Source: Octopus sinensis (taxonomy: Eukaryota). From it: a stretch of DNA of 64,000 bases. Below the pieces are notes generated by a model that saw only the letters and a list, made by a program, of their open reading frames with translations, did not search any database and was not told the origin of the DNA. The first letter of the stretch is position 1, and each line of letters opens with the position of its first letter. The stretch spans positions 31,682,001-31,746,000 of the forward strand of contig NC_043012.1 in the NCBI RefSeq assembly GCF_006345805.1, written 5' to 3'. The translations under genes and the position numbers were made by a program. Positions 55,009 to 64,000 of this stretch are shown here, piece after piece.

Positions 55009-56443
55009 ATGTATACAAAACATTCTGCAATTTGCTAGCTCTACATCCTATGTATTACGAATAGTGTAATAGAATCAGAAAACACTAATCATTTTTAAAG
55101 TTCTAATCTTGAGTCAGTTTTCCATTTAGTCTGTTGGGTTGATAATAAGATAACCAACGTTATTAGATACCTGTCAAAGAGGTTATTGGCTTTGAATTGA
55201 TTAACAGTGGCCCAGAATATGCCGAAACAATACTCACTGTGTGGTAAATTTGGTAAATTTGGTCTAGTGCCATTAATTAATATCTTTCTGGAAAGCTGCT
55301 ACTTTATGACACTTATAATGATAAACTTTACCTGTTATACATCCAAAATCCACATAATGTTCTCAGTTAGGTATCGAGTGTATATTTAAACGAATTATAA
55401 TCACGCCCTTTTTCAGGATATCGCCATATGTAGCATATAATTTTTATGTCATACGTCAATCAGACGCTTAAATTATACGTTATCTCATTCTGTCAACTAC
55501 ATCATCTCTCTCACTGTGGTGTATAAGAATGCCAATTATTCATTTTCAATTCTGGGTTGAGAAGCGGTGTTCATCAAATTAGCTCAACGCATAAACTTGG
55601 AGAACTTTTGTACATTTACTGATCCGCTTACAGTTATGAATTTGCCAAATGGGTGATAGTGGCTCATTTCGCTTCTAAACCCCAGTATTGCGAGACTGGT
55701 ATTTAAATCTTAGCTAGCATAAATACACTAATCAATATGGTTATTAAGTATAGGCATCAATGTGATTCACCCCAGTAAAGTCATAGTACCATATTCAGAG
55801 ATGAAATCGAATACATCGAATGTAAAAATTTAAATCAGAACTGAGGAGGCTCCCTCTATGGGCTCAAGTACCAACTCATCTTTGAAAAATACGATAAAGT
55901 TGGTAATTTAGTCGCACATTATCTTCACAAGTTCACTGCCGGCAGTAAACATGTACGTGTGAGACAACTTTAACAAAACTCGTTTCATATAGATTCTTAT
56001 CAATTGATATCCTTCCTTTCTAAGCCTACAGGGGAAATATAGTTGAGATGAAGGAAATTATGCACAACAAAAGTCAGAAATTCGTGGCTTAAGGCTGCAA
56101 TTAGAGATTAGCACTCGTAGAAATTCTGGCGATGATTAGTGATGCGTGATCTCTCACATGTGCAATATATTAAAACATTGCTGTACCGCTGTTAATCTAT
56201 AATTAACTAATTACTTATTACGTAGAACTTTTGTCTCTGTTCCAAATGTTTTTGTTTTTTTTACAAATGTGCATATACACTCATAATTATTTATATACTG
56301 GTAATTTTCCGCGTTAGTCCCTAGACTGCAGCCATGCTAGTGCACCATGCTGTGAAGCAGTGAAGCGCACAAATGCAAGTACATGCATACTCACACATCC
56401 TTACAAATATATAAATATATAAGCATTAATAAATCTCTGAACG

Positions 56444-56506
<63 letters not shown>

Positions 56507-57059
56507 CTGTTGATACTGTTTTCTCGCCTATATGTTAATCATTAGTGGATGGCTCACATCTCAAGATCTATGAATGTACCACTTTGGTGACCATGGCGGC
56601 ATGGAACATATTTCCAATACATACACCTTATACCTTGTAAGAAAGACGCATCTGTACTATATAAAATTTATCTGATGGATTAGCAACACGAATCAATTAT
56701 AGATGGAATGAAAACTGAGACACCCTGTGTTCAGAGGCACAGAAACGTACACTTACAATCACACAGAGACTCATATGCATATGTAGATGCTCAAATACGT
56801 TATGTTTTACTGAAAGCTTTTGTCTAATACACATGAGAAAATATGAAGGCAGCCATACATCTGACTGAGGAGTCGAATGCTAAGATTTTCTATTCTCTTT
56901 CATTTTCTAAGCTAACACACACAGTGATATGTGTGTGCACGAATACATACATACATACAGACAGACACACATACATACATACATACATACATACATACAT
57001 ACATACATACATACATACAGACACACATACATACATACATACATACATACATACATACA

Positions 57060-57091
<32 letters not shown>

Positions 57092-57126
57092 AGACACAAT
57101 TTTCTATTCAATATTATAACTGTTAT

Positions 57127-57526
57127 AAGGCGGCGAGCTGGCAGAAACGTTAGCACGTCGGGAGAAATGCTTAGCGGTATTTCGTCTGCCGTTGCGTTCT
57201 GAGTTCAAATTCCGCCGAGGTCGACTTTGTCTTTCATCCCTTCGGGGTCGATAGATTAAGTACCAGTTACGCACTGGGGTCGATGTAATCGACTTAATCC
57301 ATTTGTATGTCCTTGTTTGTCCCCTCTGTGTTTAGCTCCTTGTAGGTAGTAAATGAATAAGTATTTCGTCTGTCTTTACGTTCTAAGTTCAAATTCTGCC
57401 GAGGTCGACTTTGCCTTTCATCCTTTCGGGGTCGATAAATTATGTACCAGTTGCTTACTGGGGTTCATCTAATCGACTGGTTCCCTTCCCGAAAGTTTCG
57501 GGCCTTATGCCTAGAGTAGAAAAGAA
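57127..57526 (+). mobile_element. Dimeric SINE (family C)
   Basis: AAGGCGGCGAGCTGGCAGAAACGTTAGCACG head, GAGTTCAAATTCC box B and a duplicated core. Confidence 0.92.
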
Positions 57527-57958
57527 AATCATAACTATTATTTTGACTTTTATACAGATATTCTGAAACATTTTTTGATATTAATACTTCAACTAAAAGT
57601 AACAGCTGGTTATTGTAAGACAGAAAGGAGTTTCGATGTGAAACATTTGTTCATGTTTAGTCGGCTGACTGAAAAGTTAGGCAACTGTTCCTTCATTAAG
57701 TAACTGTTCTCTTCTATAGTAAAGTAACTCTTTTAACTGTTCTCTTGTTTATTAATGCTCGAAAGATAAGCGAATAGAATACCTTACAATATTTATTCCG
57801 GTTCTCTGCACTCGGATATTAAACCCCATTAAGGCTTACAGTGTCTTGAAACACTTCTTGCGAAGTACTGCCGTCGTTTACTCTCTACGTTCCGTGTCTC
57901 TGTTTATCTGTACCTCTCTCCTCGCTCTCTGCTTCCCTCTCACCCCTCTCTCTCTCAG

Positions 57959-57984
57959 AATTGGGTTCGTATTAGGTGGTGCAG
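57959..57984 (+). other. Candidate 26-nt microexon, or 3' end of a first exon
   Basis: About 85-nt pyrimidine tract ending ctctcag| and a consensus CAG|gtaagt donor; flanks are locally CpG-rich. Confidence 0.3.
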
Positions 57985-59630
57985 GTAAGTGTTTTTTCCG
58001 TCAAAGCTCCACTAATCGTGTTTATGCGCGCAACAAGAAAGACAGACCTACTTTAAGCATTCTGTGCTGAACGCCTCCAATTGTATAAGAAAGAAAGAAA
58101 GGAAAAAAAAAAGAAACAAACAAACAAACAAACAAACAAATGTATGAGAGCAAATGATTTATTTGTTATTTCTGGAATTGAAAATATTCAGTCAATTTAA
58201 AACTTAGTGAAACATACATATGCAAATGAAACACGTCGAAAATTTATGAAAGAAAAATTCTATAATCACTGATTGTTTGGTTGCTTCATTAGACATATCA
58301 TAAGAGTTAACAGATATATTAAGGTTTTTAAATATTTCTGCAAGATGCTCTTGTTTTTCTTCTATCTCCTTTTAATCAGCCTGAGTGAATCATGGTGTTG
58401 TTACAGTTTGACCCATAAACTAAACACATGGAATCTAATGAAATTTTTTAAAGACACCTATGTTTTGTAAGGAAGACGTTACTTGTAAAACACAGGAATA
58501 TTTGCATTACAAAGTATTAAAAAAGTACATGTATTAGAAAGTATAAAATAAATACACACCTTAGAAATTATAAAACTACGGTAAAGATAAATAAATATGC
58601 GTGAATTCCATTTAAAATGACATTCTAGAAACATTGTTTTTTGTATGCAATATCGTATTTAAGAATATTTTAAATAAATAAACAACTAACTTGAATTAGG
58701 TTCATCTGTAAGTTGGCCAAAGATAATATGGAATGATTCATGTGAAAAACATGCACACATATTCACATGTACACACATACATGGACATGTAAGCCCGCAC
58801 AGACACAGGTACACATGCAGATATGCACACATGCACACATACAGACATACACATGCACACTCCACGTTTCCTTACAACTTGGCTTTGTTCTTTAACAATC
58901 ATATTTCATCAGAAAAAAAGAAACTAACTTACTGGTATTTTCATATATTATGATATAATGAGAGATGCAGTATGAGAGAAAAGTAGAAAGGTACTCGAAT
59001 AAAAAAGAAAAAACGCCGAGATAATAAACCAAAAGAATATAGATGGTGAACAAAAGAATCATTTCTGTGGCAGGGATCGGAGAAAACAGGATGCGGGAGT
59101 GCTACTGTGAAGAAAATATGGTAATTGGAAGATGTGAAAGCAAACATTAAAATAAAGAGAAAGTATGCCTTACTTGGAGAAAACAAGAGAGAAAAGATGG
59201 TCATTAAGCACTAAATGATAGGGAGAAAAAGTGAGAATAATCGTATAGTAGAAACAAGGATTCACAATAGGGATCTCGACAAAAGAACAACGATCTGAAA
59301 GAAACTCAAAATCATTGACATTTGAATATTCAGTATCAACCATCATGCATAATTGGCTTCCAAGTTTGAAGAGTTTTGAAGAGTCTTAAATAGGGGTGGA
59401 TATCCATTTCAATGTCGGTACTCTACCAACAGCCTGCTGGTTGTGACTTGACTTATTTAGTAGTATCAAAGTAGGTAGTTGAGAGTAACAATGAAATCGT
59501 GATAGATTGACGGTTTTTCATGCTGAGAAGGTGAATGCAAACATACTGTAGTCTATATCATATTTGGAATAGGTCGTTTTACCATACCTACCAAACTATT
59601 AGTCGAACACTGTGTCTCTTGTGAGAGACA

Positions 59631-59707
<77 letters not shown>

Positions 59708-60586
59708 GAGTTTTAGTTTAATCATTTGCTTAAACAAACAAATATCATTAAGAATATGAGAGTAGCGAATATGAAACTATTCAAGGCGTGAATATAGTAA
59801 ACAGCTCTAAGTATCTCGGCTTATTCAAAAACTTCGTTTCAAAATTTCGAGAATTCAACAAACTCCAAAGAAGAGCGAAGAGTAAACATTTGGTTTACAT
59901 AGATTAAAGAATCTTATTTGTATGGGTATTGTACTCTATTATATAAATTCGAGGTAATATCGAGAGAGGTGACTGTTTTGATATTGTATCTAAAGTTCTA
60001 CTTAAGCCTAAGATTTTGAAGATGTTGAGCTTTACATTAATACTATCATAGTATGTGGAATGCGTGCATTGAATATTGATAATCTAGAGTCACGATATAA
60101 TCCTCCTTGAAACGTAGAATTGTATTCTTTAAGAACATCAATAACCTGGAACTCATATATACGCATCAAAAGAATTTTGTTACTGCTAGTGATTGGGAGT
60201 ATTTGATAGTTACTTTACTGGCTTCTAATTCTAATTCTAAATCTATGCTGTTTACAGTTCTAGAAAACTCTTTCTTCTTTTCTGGTAGAGTTGTAATAGA
60301 AGTGGTTATCTTGTGTAATTGTCGAAACTTCATAAATAACCTTATTAATTATACCGCAGGTTCAATTTAATACTTGTAACATAACAATCAATAGACCTGG
60401 CCGACAATATTCGTCTAGTTACCGAACGAAATAATTTTCTAAATTCTCTTATTAATTCTCCACACATCCGATTTAGTTGGATTCAGTCTCCTAATAAGTT
60501 GAATTCATTTGACATCTGCTGTGTGTCCGATCAGACAAATACATAGGCGTCTTTAGTTATCGTGTTCAGTTCTATAAAGTGTGTTC

Positions 60587-60819
60587 TTTTACTCTTATAC
60601 TATTTTTCTTGTTTCAGTCATTTGACTGCAGCCATGCTGGAGCACCGGCTTTAGTCGAGGAAATCGACCCCAGGACTTATTCTTTGTAAGCCCAGTACTT
60701 ATTCTATCGGTCTCTTTTGCCGAACCGCTAAGTTACGGGGACGTAAACACACCAGCATCAGTTGTCAAGTGATATTGCGGGGACAAACACAGACACATAA
60801 AACTTATACACACATACAT

Positions 60820-60867
<48 letters not shown>

Positions 60868-61041
60868 CACACATATACATATATATGACGGGATTCTTTA
60901 AGTTCCCGTCTACCAAGTCCACTCACAAGGCTTTCATCGGCCCGAGGCTATAATAGAAGACACTTGCCGAAGGTGCAATGCCGTGGGACTGAACCCAAAA
61001 CCATGTGGTTGGTAAGCAAGCTACTTACCACACAACCACTT
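60587..61041 (-). mobile_element. Near full-length SINE (family D)
   Basis: Best-preserved copy, with an internal (CA)/(TA) tract. Confidence 0.9.
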
Positions 61042-61059
61042 CTTATGCATTTTATTTCT

Positions 61060-61325
61060 TTAGGTGCCATGTATAGGATATAGGGCATCATGTCCTACCA
61101 CAATTCTCTGTTCTTCGTTTTCTGTCATAATTCCACTTGTTGATGCTTAATGCTTCTCTCTTCCAACCAATTTGTCGAAGTTCACATCCAGATCATCCTT
61201 CTCCTTCCTCTGTTTCTTTTCCCTTCTATTATTTCAGTCCCCGCTAAATTTTCCAGGCCCTCTTTCCTCATCGCATGAATAAGAAATCTTAGTTGTTTGG
61301 CCCTTGTCTAACGAAGCAGCGTTCT
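61060..61325 (-). mobile_element. Degenerate RTE 3' fragment
   Basis: Minus frame QLRFLIHAMRKEGLENLAGTEIIEGKRNRGRRRMIW matches the L.F.GH..R...LE.....G.IEGKR.RGR.R..W motif. Confidence 0.7.
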
Positions 61326-61671
61326 ATTTACTGCAGGAAATTGTTAGGTTATTTCTAATCAGAATATTGTACAAATTCTTGCTTTATATGTTAGTCTCCA
61401 TTTTATCAGAACACACCTGAACAATTTGGGAATTGCAAAAGTCTTGTAGCATTTATTACTCCAAGATGGTGAAAAGTCTTAATTATTTTTGCAATGATAA
61501 TTCCCTAATTAAATGTGAAAAGATCATCCTCAGTGTTGTTGGGTGAAGGGCATGATGGTGGCATTCAATTAAGTTTAAATTTCAATTTATTATAATTGAA
61601 ATCATTATCATCATTTTCATTAATGTCGTCATCGTAAAGAACAATAATATTAATAACAACAGCAACAAGAA

Positions 61672-61729
<58 letters not shown>

Positions 61730-61732
<3 letters not shown>

Positions 61733-62598
61733 CGATGGCAAGAAAAGCCCCTTCATGGTAAATACTGCACTAAACTAAACGCAAAACAAATAGACAAAGA
61801 AAAATCCCAGCAATGGTTGAGAAGCTCAGGACTCAAAGCAGAAACAGAGGGATTTTTAATTGCAGCACAAGACCAAAGCCTCCCCACCAGAAATTACCAA
61901 AAACATGTAATGAAAAGAAATATTACAAGTAACTGCAGAATATGTGGAGATGGACAAGAAACAATAAATCATATTATCTTTAGCTGCCCAGTCCTGGCTA
62001 AGAAGGAATATATTCACAGACATGACAGAGTTGGAACCTACATACATTGGAAGCTATGCCAACATTATGGAATAACAACAGAAAAAAGATGGTATAGGCA
62101 CACACCAGAAAAGGTCACAGAAAACGAGAAAGCAACCATACTCTGGGATATGCCGATACACACAGATAGAGAAATTAAGGCCAACAGACCAGATATAGTT
62201 GTCAGATATCATGAAGAAAACAATGCTTTCTAATTGATGTATCAATACCGGCAGATGACAACGTGTCTCTAAAAGAAATGGAGAAACTCTCAAAATACAA
62301 AGACCTGGAAACAGAGGTAACTAGAATGTGGAATCTGAAAACAGAAACAATTCCTATCATAGTAGGTGCATTAGGCATGATAAAAAAATATTCAGACAAA
62401 TACATAACAAAAACACCAGGACTTACAACACATATAACATACAGAAAATTGCACTACTAGGCACTGCACACATCCTACGCAGAACACTTTCCATACAATA
62501 ACCATCAGAGCATCACAACAAATCACAGCACATACCCAAGGCACACAGAGCTGCGCTCGGTAGTGAAGTGAAAGCACGCTATAAAAATAAAACTACTG
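61730..62598 (+). mobile_element. 5'-truncated R4/Dong-clade retrotransposon (CCHC finger + restriction-like endonuclease + 3'UTR)
   Basis: WQEKPLHGKY..ETEGFLIAAQDQ..CRICGDGQETINHIIFSC..YIHRHD..ILWD..NRPDIV..EKLSKY..VGALG; two frameshifts; (TAA)n on both sides. Confidence 0.92.
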
Positions 62599-62608
62599 AA
62601 TAATAATG

Positions 62609-62666
<58 letters not shown>

Positions 62667-62695
62667 TAACAATAATAATAATTAATATTATTATT

Positions 62696-63765
62696 TGGCT
62701 AACTGCAGAAGAATTCATTGTTAATTCCAGTTGTACAAGTCCATGGCCACCCTCTTTTCTTGGCAGGTAAAGTCGTTCTATATCTGCCTTAGGGTGGTGC
62801 ATACTATGCATTGTCAACAGTTTTCGTACTTTTCTGTCAAGACTACATATTTCAGTAATTGACCAGTTAATGATATTGAAACTGTATGTCACGACTGGTA
62901 TGGTTAACGTATTGATCACTTCGATCCTGTTTCTTTTATTCAGCTCTGTCTTGAGTATTACCTTTACCCTCCGATAAAATTCTCTTCTGATCCTTTCCCT
63001 CATCATTGAATGTTTGATTCCATCACCTTCAAATTCTCCAAGGTATATGTAGCTCTCCGTTGGTTCTAACTCCCTTATGGCATTCTGCTGATCAAGATTA
63101 ACGTTATATGTTTTTGTCATTTTCCTTTTGATAACGGTAGCTTTTGCACTTTTACCGAGGCCAAATTGCATCCTGATGTCATCATTGAATTGTTTAACAA
63201 TCGCTAGTAATCCCTATAGTTGTTAATTATTTTTTCCAAAGAGCTTTAAATCATCCATGTAAATGAGATGATCTATATTTTTACCAAACATTTTATAGTC
63301 ATTGTACATCCTCGAGCAATTTCGTGAGACGTATTCACCCTGGAAAATGCCATATGAAATTGTTACATCTCCAGCATTCAGAGATTCATTGGCACTGTTC
63401 AAAGTCAGAGTGGTTCTCATACTTACAGGCAAGAAGTTTCGCAGAGTATTACCATTTTATAAATTTCATACTTACAGACAAGTATGATCTCATACTTACA
63501 GACAAGAAGTTTCGCAGAGTTTTATAAATTTTATAAATTTCCAGACATTTCTTAATCCAGCTATGTGGTAGACTATCAAAAACCTTTTTATAGTCTATCC
63601 AGGCTATCGACAAGTTCTTGTGTTGTTTGTGACGATCTTCCAAGACCATCTTATTAATGAGTAGCTTACCGTTACAACCATAGGACCCACGTTTACATCC
63701 TTTTTGTTCATTAGGGAAAATATCACTTTTTATTAAAAAACTGCAGGTGTACTCAGTCAAGACAG
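62696..63765 (-). mobile_element. R4/Dong-clade reverse transcriptase fragment (frameshifted)
   Basis: EQKGC, DYKKVFDSLPH, GIFQG, YMDDLKLF, MQFGLGKS, YLG and LYLPRKEGG.GL motifs across three ORFs; internal duplication at 63415-63540. Confidence 0.92.
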
Positions 63766-63767
63766 AT

Positions 63768-63920
63768 TCTTTTATTTGTTTCAGTCATTTGACTGCGGCC
63801 ATGCTGGAGCAGCGCTTTTGCCCGAAAAAATCGATTCCAGGATTTATTCTTTGTAAGCCTAGTACTTATTCTGGCCGTAACTTTTGCCAAACTGTATAGT
63901 TACGGGGACGTAAGCACCAA
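63768..63920 (-). mobile_element. Partial SINE (family D)
   Basis: TTGTTTCAGTCATTTGACTGCGGCCATGCTGGAGCA block. Confidence 0.8.
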
Positions 63921-64000
63921 AATATTATCGACCCATAACCTGCTTAACAACAAAACAATATATAAAATAAGTAGCTTGCTGTGTCGTAAGTAGCTTGCTA

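Overview
AT-rich, repeat-dense eukaryotic DNA. The very abundant (TA)n/(TATG)n/(TATC)n/(TAA)n microsatellites, several tRNA-derived SINE families, RTE, R4/Dong, Tx1-like and CR1-like LINE relics and a Helitron resemble an octopus/coleoid genome (inference). Nearly all listed ORFs are microsatellite or retroelement artefacts, and no conserved host gene can be named. The strongest unexplained signal is five sequence-unrelated type I hammerhead ribozyme (HHR) motifs between 29.6 and 53.7 kb. All lie in small non-coding elements embedded in TA/TAA-rich simple repeats, and each intact motif has a palindromic stem III. Two have unusually long rod-like stem II inserts (61 and 103 nt). One sits in a 1.4-mer partial tandem element of retrozyme/Penelope pLTR type, and one is fused to a tRNA-like Pol III head. 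I also found chains of short in-phase candidate exons on the minus strand that could encode small Cys-containing peptides, but these are speculative.
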